This document shows positions 13,129 to 25,400 of a stretch of 64,000 nucleotides of DNA, piece after piece. The stretch comes from Chlorokybus atmophyticus. Taxonomy: Eukaryota > Plantae > Mesostigma and Chlorokybus algae. The notes under the pieces were generated by a model. The model was not told where the DNA came from. It saw nothing but the letters and a program-made list of their open reading frames with translations, and searched no databases. Within the stretch, counting starts at the first letter, position 1. Each line of letters starts with the position of its first letter. Position numbers and translations under genes: made by a program. The stretch lies in assembly GCA_009103225.1 (NCBI GenBank), contig RHPI01002069.1, positions 200,702 through 264,701 of the forward strand, given 5' to 3'.

Positions 13129-13652
13129 TGTAACGGGAGCAATAATATTGGGGACATTATTGCGACCTAAATTAGCTACATAAGCTTTATTTGTGTTAAT
13201 AAGTATAGTTATTTACTTATTTACACCTCTTTTTTACGATTCCTCGCGTATATCCAATTATAATATTTGATATAAGTCCCAACGGGTGTTGGACCGCCTA
13301 TTCAAGCCTATTTAAGGTCAAATATTATGCATGCGACCACTATAGCCAGTTATCGCGATAGGTACCTTATCGTTAGGTCCCTTATCGTTAGGTATTTGAG
13401 CTTTGATTGGCTCACGCCAGATTTTCAACGGTTACCCTATCTGTAAGGTTGATATTTGGTGTTGAGTTTGATATCGAGACACATATATGTGATAAACTCT
13501 TGATATAAAAGGTCCCATCAACTGATGGGACGTCATTCAGTCTGCTGCCACAGCGTCATGCTGCCGGCGGCTTGACAGGCTTGTTGCAAGCGGTGTGGGT
13601 GCTGGGGTAGAGGATTGAAGGGTTGTCGGCGGCGACGCCGGCATCTGTTACA
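13129..13652 (+). repeat. 5' LTR of element 1
   Basis: TG...CA termini; followed by the PBS; clearly homologous to 20221-20727. Confidence 0.92.
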
Positions 13653-14538
13653 TTGGTATTCAGAAGCTGGTGGGTGAGTACTTATTGGCGGCGGCACCCT
13701 GCTTTGCATCAATCGCAAGCGGCGACAGCTACCTCACCATTCGTCCACGCCACTAGCCTTTCAGGTTTGCTTCCCTGCGTCACCTCTACATCGAGCAGTA
13801 TCCGATACAGCCGCCGACGTAAGAGGTGCACTGTCATTTAGCGAGTTGTCCGTAACTTGCCCCGTGCTTACATGTGCTTGCCAGGGCGTGCGTGTGCATG
13901 TGCTTGTCAGTGTATATTCACTGCTTGTCATGCCACCGCACTGTCATTGACTGTCGCTGCTTGTCAGTGCTTGCCAGTACATGTGTGTGGGCTTGCTAGT
14001 GCACTTCATCACTGCTTGTTTCACCGTGATTGCATTGTCCTTGAATTGCACGCAGTGATTGTTGCACAGTCATTGCAGTGCATAATCAGTGATTGCTGAT
14101 CATTGCTTTGTCATTGCCAAGCACTGCTTGCTGCTGCGACTTACCTGTTTGGGCAACACGCCCGTCCGTAAATCCACCTCGGGGTTGTTTCTAAACCCTC
14201 CCCCTCTGGCTTCTTGCCTGGAGACTGGGACTTGGTTTGGGACAGTTGGAGGGACGAACCAGGACATCTGTCCCCTAACCCGAGTAGTCCCAACAACTCC
14301 CTCTCTGCCTCAGTGCTGAAAATTGAGATTGTGTTTAGGACTATCTTGGGGTTAAGCCCTTATCGTCCCATTTAGACTTGTTCAGTTTAGTGACATTTCA
14401 GATTTATCTATTCTTCTTTCGGGACTAATTTGGACTCTGTTTGGGACTCAAGCCAACTTACAACCATTCCGACCGTTTTATTGAGCCAGTTCCATTGCTG
14501 AGATTCTCACTACCCCATTTTGCCTGTTGTGCAGACAA

Positions 14539-15699
14539 ATGGACGAGCACTTGGTGCCCACATCAAAGGGGGAAAGTTTGGAAAAGGGGCAACCATCTCG
14601 TAAGGAGGAATTTCCTTCCATGGAAGATGTCCCAAACCCGGATGATTTACCGGATAAATCTCAAGCGGGTAAAACCGTGGACTATTTAGTGGAGCCTGAT
14701 GGCCCACCTCCACCGCCATCTCCTGAAATTTCCGTTCACATCACGAAGCAGAATTGGATGGACCATTTCCTTGGCACCTATGATGAGGATTCTCGTGAGG
14801 CCATTGTCCCACTCATTAACTTCCTCTATTAAATATTGCAGCAACAATCTCAAAGCTCACCACGTTTATGGGGCGGGATTGGGAGACACACATGATTGAA
14901 GGCAAATGTGTTTTGAATATGCTCGAGCGCCTTCAACGTGATGGCAGTGGACCGCCTGTTCAGGCTCTCGCTCGACCTTTCTGAGTTTGCTCCCAAAAAG
15001 CAAACAGCCATTTTCGACTGGCTTGTGAAGCTTAGACACTACTGTCAACTCCCTTCGCATTTCTGAGGAGAAAAAGTTGCATGTTGTTGAGTTGCTGATT
15101 CCGGATGATGCTCTCTTAGAGTGGCATCGCCGTAAGCAACGTGACGCGAACCTCGGGCGGGAAGTAAGCCAGTTGTGCGCTTTCATGGAACAGCGCTATG
15201 GTGGTACCGACCCTGCTCAGCAAGCTCGCAATCAACTCTACAACCTGCGACAGAATGGTCGTGCAATTCAACAATGCATTCAGGAGATCAATTCTGTGTC
15301 AGCAAAATCAATGCTGGTCGTTTGCCTATCAGTGATGCTGATTAATTGGACATGTTCAGGCGTGGCTTGGATCAACAGCTGCTTACGCATGTTGTCATCA
15401 ACACATCCACCCAGGCGGAGTGGCGTGCTGAAGAGCTACCTATGCTCATCACAATGGTGACAGCTAATAACAATGCCGTACGTTCAGCTGCAAAGCCTGC
15501 TGTGCCATCAGCAGCTCCCGAGCGTCCTTCACCTGACAGCAAGCCTCATTTTGCAAAGCAGGTGAAGACAGTAGTAGCTGGATTTGCTGCTCCTTCCTCC
15601 GCTGTAAAGCCGGCCCTGGTGTGCTCGGGTCACACTGAGGGTACCTGCTATGCGAAGAAGAACAAGCAAGCCAAGCAGCAAAAGAAGGACAGCAAATAG
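14539..15699 (+). pseudogene. gag of element 1 (frameshifted)
   Basis: Fragments align with the intact gag of element 2 (MDEHLVPTSKGES..., MEQRYGGTDPAQQARNQL). Ends with TAG. Confidence 0.85.
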
Positions 15700-18600
15700 G
15701 AACTGTCCGTGATTGGTAGCATGTTGCAGAGGGATACATTAACCTCTGTACTTTTTGATAAAGTTTCTGCTTTGTGTGCTATTTCAGATGTGTGAACTGA
15801 TGTAAACAACCCCGTTGTTTCTAACACGAGTGGTTGTATTCTCATAAACGTGCCATTTTTAAATTGTTGTTTGCAATCAAACAATTTCACGAATTGCAAT
15901 CGCAACATTCCCTTACTGCATGCGTTGTGGTACCCTCGGTATATTGGCCCATGGTCTAAACACTTAAAGGGGGAGAGGTGATTGCTCAACTCATACAAAA
16001 CGAATCAAGAACATTACCACTTCAGGTGAATTTTATTAAAACCGCAACCAATCACGGCATTTCAACATTGGCAACTTTTGACGGTAGATCAATACCACTT
16101 ACGTGGCGTTTTGAGAGTCAGTTTATGGGTGCCTCGTGCACATCATTAATTGACACAGGTGCAAACCACAATTTTGTGGAACACGCTTGGGTGAAAAGAA
16201 ATAGCATCGCATTCACACCGGTTGCATTGTATGTACGAGCAGCTGGTTCTACTCTTAATGCTTTATGAGAAGTGAAAGGACGCTTTGTTATTGCCGGTTG
16301 TAAAACACATACCACATTTATTGTGGTGCACATTGGAATTCCTGGTGTTGACTTTGTGTTAGGTGAACCGTGGCAAACCGAAGCGGGTATGCTATTTGAT
16401 GCTCAAAATGGCACGTGCGCTTTGAGGAGGGGAAAACGCTCTTTTCCTTAAAAGTGGCACATGTGGTACATGATAACAAGCATACTCCACTCCTCTCAGC
16501 TATGCAACTTACGCGTTGCATGCGCAAACGAGAGGAAGTGTACTTGTTGCACTTACACGAGGTAACAACACCTGAAAACGATGGTGTATAAGACCCCGTT
16601 GTGCAATCACTTACAAAGCAGTATGCTAATGTTTTTCAGGAAGAACTCCCTAAGCTTCCTCCTGATAGAAACATTCACCACACCATCCCACTCGAAGAGG
16701 GAGATAAGCCACCATGGCGGCCTATTTATAGTCCCTTAGAGCATGCGGAAATTGGAAAGCAGCTAAAAGAGTTGCTCGATAAAGGTTTAATAACCAAGAG
16801 TATCTCCCCATTTGGAGCACCTATTCTAATTGTGCCCAAAGAGAATGGCAAGCGCATGTGTGTGGATTATCGGGCATTAAATAAAGTGACTGTAAAAAAT
16901 AGATCCCCTTTGCCCAGAATTAATGATTTGTTTGATAAGTTGTCAGGTGCAACAGTGTTTAGCACACTGGATCTGACAAGTGGTTATCATCAAATTAGGA
17001 TTCATTCTAAGGATGTACAAAAGACAGCTTTTCGTACACCTATGGGGCACTTTGAGTATAAAGTGTTGCATTTTGGGTTGACGAACGCACCCGCAACGTT
17101 TCAGGCAGCTATGAACGCTGTGTTTGTGGATGAGCTATATACCTTTGTGCTAGTATATCTGGATGATATTATTGTGTTTATCAATACCCGGGAGGAACAC
17201 CACAAGCATTTGCAAACGGTGTTGTCAAAATTGCGAAAACACAAATTCTATGCCAACTTGTCCAAATGCAACTTTGCACAAGAAGAACTTCCCTTTCTGG
17301 GACGCGTGATTGGTAAAGACGGGTTAAAACCTGATCCCCACAAGGTGTCGGCAGTCAAAGATTGGCCACCACCAAAAGATGTGCATCAATTACGAGCCTT
17401 TTTAGGCTTGGCCAATTACTTCCGCAAGTTCATGCAAGGGTATTCGATTATGGCCAATGCATTAATAACTTTACTTCGTAAAGATGTCAAGTTTGGGTGG
17501 ACAGAAGCACATGAGAAAGCCTTCTCATGCATTAAAAATGCATTGACAAAGGCACCGTGTTAGCTTTTCCGGATCACACCAAACCTTTTGTGGTGGTCAG
17601 TGATGCATCCACTATAGGATGTGGTGCCGTGTTGCTTCAAGGCGACAAGCCGTGTGCCTATGAAAGCTGAAAATTCAACCCTGCCGAACGTAATTACACA
17701 ACCACCGAATAGGAATTACTCGGTGTTGTGCATGCGTTACGCACTTGGCATTGCTACTTAGAAGGGGTGGAATTCTCAATGATTACGGATTACAATCCTC
17801 TTACCTTCTTTCACACGCAACAAAATTTATCCTGACAACAAGCTAAGTGGAATGAGTTCTTATCTCGTTTCACATTCACATATCGTCCGGGACGCACCAA
17901 TATGGCTGATCCACTTAGCCGCAGTCCGTTCTCCTCGCACTTACGCGCTCGCGTATACAGCGCATTGCACCCACCAAGGACCCCTTTTCAAAGGGGGTAT
18001 CAAACCTGCCAAACGTAATTACACAACCACCGAATAGGAATTACTCGGTGTTGTGCATGCGTTACGCACTTGGCATTGCTACTTAGAAGGGGTGGAATTC
18101 TCAATGATTACGGATTACAATCCTCTTACCTTCTTTCACACGCAACAAAATTTATCCTGACAACAAGCTAAGTGGAATGAGTTCTTATCTCGTTTCACAT
18201 TCACATATCGTCCGGGACGCACCAATATGGCTGATCCACTTAGCCGCAGTCCGTTCTCCTCGCACTTACGCGCTCGCGTATACAGCGCATTGCACCCACC
18301 AAGGACCCCTTTTCAAAGGGGGTATCAAACCTGCCAAACGTAATTACACAACCACCGAATAGGAATTACTCGGTGTTGTGCATGCGTTACGCACTTGGCA
18401 TTGCTACTTAGAAGGGGTGGAATTCTCAATGATTACGGATTACAATCCTCTTACCTTCTTTCACACGCAACAAAATTTATCCTGACAACAAGCTAAGTGG
18501 AATGAGTTCTTATCTCGTTTCACATTCACATATCGTCCGGGACGCACCAATATGGCTGATCCACTTAGCCGCAGTCCGTTCTCCTCGCACTTACGCGCTC

Positions 18601-20060
18601 GCGTATACAGCGCATTGCACCCACCAAGGACCCCTTTTCAAAGGGGGTATCAAAGGGCTATACCACAGACAATTGGTTTAAAAGTCTGGCCAACGCTTCT
18701 CAACTGAGCAAGAAGGAAAGGAAAATCTGTGGTATAAAGGAGATCAGTAGGTCATACCCAACTTGACAAACTTATGCACACAGTGCATGCAATCAGTGCA
18801 TGACCCACCGTATGCTAGGCACTTGGGCAAGCATAAGACGCTCAAGCACGCGCAACGGTTGTACTGGTGGCCGTCAATGACCATTGATGTGGATGAATAC
18901 GTTTGCACATGTGATGTGTGCCAACGAAATAAGCCGTTGCGACAGAATCGGTTAGTTTTGCTGACAGAAGCAATTAGATTTGCTGAAACCATTAAGCATC
19001 CCCGAGCAAAAGTGGGACAATGGTAGTATGGACTTAAGTATTGACCTTCTGAAAACAGCTGCTAAAAACACAGCTATCACAGTTTTTGTTGACAGGCTTA
19101 CAAAAATAGTGCATTTCGTTCCGTGCTCCACAGTGAGCACGGGACTTAGCACACTTGTTTGTACAAACGGTTTTCAGAGCACACGGGATTCCCCGCGAGC
19201 TAGTAACAGACCGTGATCCAAGATTTGTCTCAGAGTTTTGGCGAGAAGTCTGTGGGTTGTTGGGTGTGAAACAAAGCATGTCGACTGCTTTTCACCCACA
19301 AACAGATGGTTCAAACTGAGCGAGCGAAATAAGTGCTTGAGAAAATGATTCGACATTATGTGTCTCCCGACTACTTGGATCGAGATAAGTACTTGCCTAT
19401 GGCGGAGTTTGCTATAAACAATGCATGGCAGAAGAGTATAAAGGTAAACCCGTTTTTCTTAAATTACGAGATACATCCGAACACACCTGCTTCGTTGCGT
19501 ATGCCCCGCAATGAACTCTCTATACCAGCGGCAAAGGACTTTGCCGTTGCAATGCAAGAACATTTGGCTCGAGCTAAGCTGTGCTTGTCTGAAGCACAAA
19601 ATAGACAAAAAGCGTTTGCTGATAAACATCGCAAGATGGCCAGTTTTGATGTGAGCGACAAGGTGTTGCTCAATGCAAAGAACATAACCATCAAGGGTAC
19701 GGGAGCGAGCAAACTGCTTCCCAGATGGTTAGGTCCCTTTACTATCATTGAAAGGATATGTTCGCATGCTTATAGACTGCAATTGCCCCCAAGCATGCGT
19801 GTACACAACGTGTTCCATGTGAACTTGTTGAAACCTTACCGCTGTGACGGAAGGACTTCGCCTCCACCTCCACCTGTCACGGTGGATAGCGAGCTCGAAT
19901 ACGAGGTGAAAGCTATTTTAGACCATAAACACAATAATCGTGGCCGAGCAACCTGCTATTTAGTTCAGTGGAAAGGGTATGGCTCGAAACATACAAGTTG
20001 GGAGCCTGACATGCATCTTACGCACTGCCGTGAGTTGCTTCAGACTTATACGGATTCACT
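15700..20060 (+). pseudogene. pol of element 1 (MTase-like segment, PR, RT, RH, IN, chromodomain), disrupted
   Basis: LIDTGA, LDLTSGYHQI, VYLDD, HDPPYARHLG...CDVCQ, and YEVKAILDH...YLVQWKGYG. Multiple stops and frameshifts. Confidence 0.92.
17675..18653 (+). repeat. Three tandem copies of a 325-bp RNase H segment
   Basis: Units start at 17675, 18000 and 18325. The duplicated ORFs 17852 and 18177 are identical. TCAA microhomology at the junctions. Confidence 0.95.
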
Positions 20061-20220
20061 TCCCGTCCCGTTAACTGTGGGCTTGGATTATGACAGACTA
20101 GCAATGCGGTTTCATTTCCACCCTAACATTTCCTGCTATCTCACTGGTCTCTTTGTCTTCAAAACAAGGTCTAATCAGCCTCGGTTCAACGAGGACGTTG
20201 AAATCTTAAGTGGGGGGGAA

Positions 20221-20727
20221 TATAACGGAAGCTACAGTGTTGGGGACATTATTAGCTACATAAGCTTCATTTGTAATAATAAATATAGTAATTTACTTAT
20301 TTACACCTCTTTTCTACGGTTCCTCGCTTATAGCAAGTTATAATATTTGGTATAAGTCCCAACGGGTGTAGGACCGCCTATTCAAGCCTATTTAAGGTCG
20401 AATATTATATATGCGACTACTATAGCCAGCTATCGCGATAGGTACCTTATCGTTAAGTCCCTTATCATTAGGTATCTCAGCTTTGATTGGCTCACGCAAG
20501 AACTCTAACGGTTACCCTATCCGTAGGGTTGATGTCTGGTGTTGATATCGAGACACGTATATGTGATAAACTCTTCATATAAAAGGTCCCATCAACTGAT
20601 GGGACCTCATTCAGTCTTCTGCCACAGCGTCATGCTGCTGGCGGCTTGACAGGCTTGTTGCTGGTGGTGTGGGTGTTGGGGGTAGAGGATTGAAGGGTTG
20701 TCGGCGGTGTCGCCGGCATCTGTTACA
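20221..20727 (+). repeat. 3' LTR of element 1 (repeated at 25361-25867 by the duplication)
   Basis: Follows the PPT; starts TATAAC (mutated TG) and ends GTTACA. Confidence 0.9.
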
Positions 20728-22428
20728 ACATGAGCGTCAAGGCGTGCGTCAGTGCAGCAGGCACCTTCATGCCGCCCATGTACATCCTCAAGGGTGCAAG
20801 ATACACAGATGACTATGTGCAGGCTGCCCCATTTGGCTCCTTCATGCACACGCAGGAGAATGCCTACATGACATTGGAGCTTTTCGCGACTGGTCTGAGA
20901 AGTTCCTCTTGCACATACCTGGTGGCGCCAGCCCCAACAATCCCGTTCTCCTGCTCCTTGACGACCATTCGTCTCGCATGAACCCCGACTTGCTGAAGAT
21001 GGCAAGGGAGAATGGTGTCCACATGCTCAACTTCCCTGCACACATGACACATCTCATGCAGGTGAGAGGTGTTCCTAATTATGCCAAGTGTGTGCATTGC
21101 ATGTTGCAGAGTTACTTGCTCTCATGATGCTCCCCAACTCACCTTCAGGTGCTGGGTGTGAGCTGCTTCCGGTCGCTGAAGCAGCACTACCGCATTGAGT
21201 TCTTGAATTGGCGCGTGGCTGACCTCATCCGCTCCATCACCGAGATGAGGTTCGTGGAGCTGACAGCCCGACCTTTTTCTACCATGCCATCACCCCTGCC
21301 AACATCACAAGCGGTTTCAAGAAAACATGTACATGGATGCATTGTCTACTGATGCTGCGAATGCGTGCTCACATGGGTGTGCATGTGCAGGTATCTCGCC
21401 TGTCAATGTGCATGCATTGGACGACAAGTTGGCCAAGTTGCCCAAGCCCCTCGCGGAGCAAATCGCCCCTGACCTGGCGCTTCACAAGTGCAGCATGAGT
21501 TCGGGGGCCCAGTGCTGGACGGAGATGGTGTGCCGATGCCCTTTGACAAGGAGGCTGATGCGGAGGCCACTGAGGACGACGACAGCACCAATGATAAGGA
21601 GAACCAGCCTCCCAAGCCTGCCATGCCAAGCATTGTCAACAACAACTATATTAACATCACCAACAATAATAACACCATCAACATCAACATCAACATCAAC
21701 ACCGCCCCACCTCAGGGCGCAGGCTGTGCCTGAAGCTAATGTCGCTGCAGATGCTTGTAGTGTTGCAGAAAACCACATCAACTTTGGCGTCATCCAGCAG
21801 CAGGCTAGTCCTTCTGCATGTCAACAGAAGAAGGCCAAGGCCCCACAGCCTCACCTCCAAGGCCTCACCTCCAAAGGCTACATCAAGGTGCTGCAAGCCA
21901 AGAAGGCAAAGCTTGCCTTTCTGCATGGCAACAGAAGAAGGCCAAGGCCCCACAGCCTCACCTCCAAGCCTCACCTCCAAAGGCTACATCAAGGTGCTGC
22001 AAGCCAAGAAGGCAGCAATGGAGTCACGCAAGCAGGAGTTGGCCTAGAAGAAGATGGAGTCTGCACACGTGAAGGAGGTGGCCGCTGTTCAGCGTCTTGC
22101 CAAGCAGGCACAGCGGGAGGAGTTAGCCTGGCAAAATTAGCAAGCAAAGCTGGAGAATGAGGCTGCCAAGCAGGTCAAGTTGTTAGCACAGCAGCAGGCA
22201 CCGTCCAGAGCAGGTCTAACACACATCAACATACCTGCCGGTGCAAGGTCTTGCACCATTGACTTGTCCACGCAGCACCCACTGGCTAACCTGACACCAC
22301 AGGCAAGCCCCACCTGCAATTCACGCCCGGCTCGGCACCAGTCGTACCCTACCACACCATCCAAGATGCTGCCAACAGAGTTGCTGATGCAGCAGTTGCA
22401 TCAGCAACTCAAGCTCGCACATTGATAA
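20728..22428 (+). pseudogene. pogo-like transposase, C-terminal part (DDE_1 core and charged tail); repeated at 25868-27568
   Basis: MSVKACVSAAGTFMPPMYILKG, VLLLLDDHSS, MLNFPAHMTHLMQ and LTSKGYIKVLQAKK. The frame joins the N-terminal part (RDH-MSVK) once the LTR element and one TSD copy are removed. Confidence 0.85.
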
Positions 22429-25400
22429 CCCTCAAGGCTGCTGCTAAGGGTCTTCGATAGGCCTTACTACTTACCTACAGCAGACAGATGCAGCCATGTA
22501 CATAGCAGATTAGAATGCAAGACTGCAATGCAAGTTGCAATGACACAATGCACCTCATACCGTGCAATTGCAAAGTGCAACTTCAAGATGCAAGTGGACA
22601 ATGCAATTTCAGAGTGCAAGTGCAATATGCAATTCTAGAGTGCAAGTGCAACATGCACAAGAGCACACAATCTCACAGAGAGTTCAAGGGGAGGTACATT
22701 ACCAGCTGGCTATGTCCAGGGATGTAAGGGCACTACAGCACAGGGGCCACACAACAACCCTATCACACACACCTGTACAGCACTGCAGAAGCCTAAGCCT
22801 GTACACAGCAGTAGCACACAAGAGCAGACTTGAAGTCGAAACTACCACACACAGTTGCCCAGCATGACAACAGCACAGGTCAGCACATAGGCAGAGTCAT
22901 ACATCACTTGGATGCCAGTTCAGAGGCCTACAATGATGTCTGTGGGCCAGGGGGCACTGTGCACGAGACATGATGTCGTGGGCCTTCAGGACGTTGACTA
23001 CGACGCTGCCATAGGCGAGGCTCCAAGGGGGCTGGGACCCCAACCACTGTCTCCACAATAAGGCCGGGTCTGTCTTCTTCATCTTGCCAAGCCAGCGCTT
23101 GACCTTCGGGCCGCGGGTGTTCTTGCCCAGCTCATACAGCGCCTCGATGGTGTCACGGGACATGCTGGGCATGGGCAGAAGGGGGCAGCCATCATGGCGC
23201 AGGCGAGGAGGACGTGGAGGACTCAGCAACGGGGTTGGCTCGGGCATAGGGCGATCCTCCTGCTTGGGACTCCAGGGCAATATGAGTGGGGGGTAGGAGT
23301 GGCCGGACGCTGGCGCTTGGTCGGCCTGCCATTGTTCACGTCCGCAGCGGCCTGCGCATGCATGCACCTAAGTAAGTTGAAGTAACCAACACACACACAC
23401 ATGCATGCAAAGCTGAGCTGGGCACGGGAAGGCAGCATACACACACGCAGAGGCTCACCATGGGGGCGGTGTCACGGGCTCTAGAAGCGCTCTCGCCCAC
23501 TGGGCACACAGACATTGCTAAGGCAGCAGGCGCCCACAACTTTGCACAACTTCGGACAGCNATTCTCAATGATTACGGATTACAATCCTCTTACCTTCTT
23601 TCACACGCAACAAAATTTATCCTGACAACAAGCTAAGTGGAATGAGTTCTTATCTCGTTTCACATTCACATATCGTCCGGGACGCACCAATATGGCTGAT
23701 CCACTTAGCCGCAGTCCGTTCTCCTCGCACTTACGCGCTCGCGTATACAGCGCATTGCACCCACCAAGGACCCCTTTTCAAAGGGGGTATCAAAGGGCTA
23801 TACCACAGACAATTGGTTTAAAAGTCTGGCCAACGCTTCTCAACTGAGCAAGAAGGAAAGGAAAATCTGTGGTATAAAGGAGATCAGTAGGTCATACCCA
23901 ACTTGACAAACTTATGCACACAGTGCATGCAATCAGTGCATGACCCACCGTATGCTAGGCACTTGGGCAAGCATAAGACGCTCAAGCACGCGCAACGGTT
24001 GTACTGGTGGCCGTCAATGACCATTGATGTGGATGAATACGTTTGCACATGTGATGTGTGCCAACGAAATAAGCCGTTGCGACAGAATCGGTTAGTTTTG
24101 CTGACAGAAGCAATTAGATTTGCTGAAACCATTAAGCATCCCCGAGCAAAAGTGGGACAATGGTAGTATGGACTTAAGTATTGACCTTCTGAAAACAGCT
24201 GCTAAAAACACAGCTATCACAGTTTTTGTTGACAGGCTTACAAAAATAGTGCATTTCGTTCCGTGCTCCACAGTGAGCACGGGACTTAGCACACTTGTTT
24301 GTACAAACGGTTTTCAGAGCACACGGGATTCCCCGCGAGCTAGTAACAGACCGTGATCCAAGATTTGTCTCAGAGTTTTGGCGAGAAGTCTGTGGGTTGT
24401 TGGGTGTGAAACAAAGCATGTCGACTGCTTTTCACCCACAAACAGATGGTTCAAACTGAGCGAGCGAAATAAGTGCTTGAGAAAATGATTCGACATTATG
24501 TGTCTCCCGACTACTTGGATCGAGATAAGTACTTGCCTATGGCGGAGTTTGCTATAAACAATGCATGGCAGAAGAGTATAAAGGTAAACCCGTTTTTCTT
24601 AAATTACGAGATACATCCGAACACACCTGCTTCGTTGCGTATGCCCCGCAATGAACTCTCTATACCAGCGGCAAAGGACTTTGCCGTTGCAATGCAAGAA
24701 CATTTGGCTCGAGCTAAGCTGTGCTTGTCTGAAGCACAAAATAGACAAAAAGCGTTTGCTGATAAACATCGCAAGATGGCCAGTTTTGATGTGAGCGACA
24801 AGGTGTTGCTCAATGCAAAGAACATAACCATCAAGGGTACGGGAGCGAGCAAACTGCTTCCCAGATGGTTAGGTCCCTTTACTATCATTGAAAGGATATG
24901 TTCGCATGCTTATAGACTGCAATTGCCCCCAAGCATGCGTGTACACAACGTGTTCCATGTGAACTTGTTGAAACCTTACCGCTGTGACGGAAGGACTTCG
25001 CCTCCACCTCCACCTGTCACGGTGGATAGCGAGCTCGAATACGAGGTGAAAGCTATTTTAGACCATAAACACAATAATCGTGGCCGAGCAACCTGCTATT
25101 TAGTTCAGTGGAAAGGGTATGGCTCGAAACATACAAGTTGGGAGCCTGACATGCATCTTACGCACTGCCGTGAGTTGCTTCAGACTTATACGGATTCACT
25201 TCCCGTCCCGTTAACTGTGGGCTTGGATTATGACAGACTAGCAATGCGGTTTCATTTCCACCCTAACATTTCCTGCTATCTCACTGGTCTCTTTGTCTTC
25301 AAAACAAGGTCTAATCAGCCTCGGTTCAACGAGGACGTTGAAATCTTAAGTGGGGGGGAATATAACGGAAGCTACAGTGTTGGGGACATTATTAGCTACA

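Larger units (their letters stand above)
13129..20727 (+). mobile_element. Ty3/Gypsy chromovirus LTR retrotransposon (element 1), decayed
   Basis: 5' LTR 13129-13652 (TGTAAC...GTTACA), PBS TGGTATTCAGAAGC, PPT AAGTGGGGGGGAA, 3' LTR 20221-20727, and TSD ACGTG/ACATG (1 mismatch). gag, PR, RT, RH, IN and chromodomain carry many stops and frameshifts. Confidence 0.95.

Noticed and set aside
17675-18653. CRISPR-like or satellite array
   Set aside because: The units are whole 325-bp duplications of retrotransposon RNase H coding sequence, with no repeat-spacer structure.
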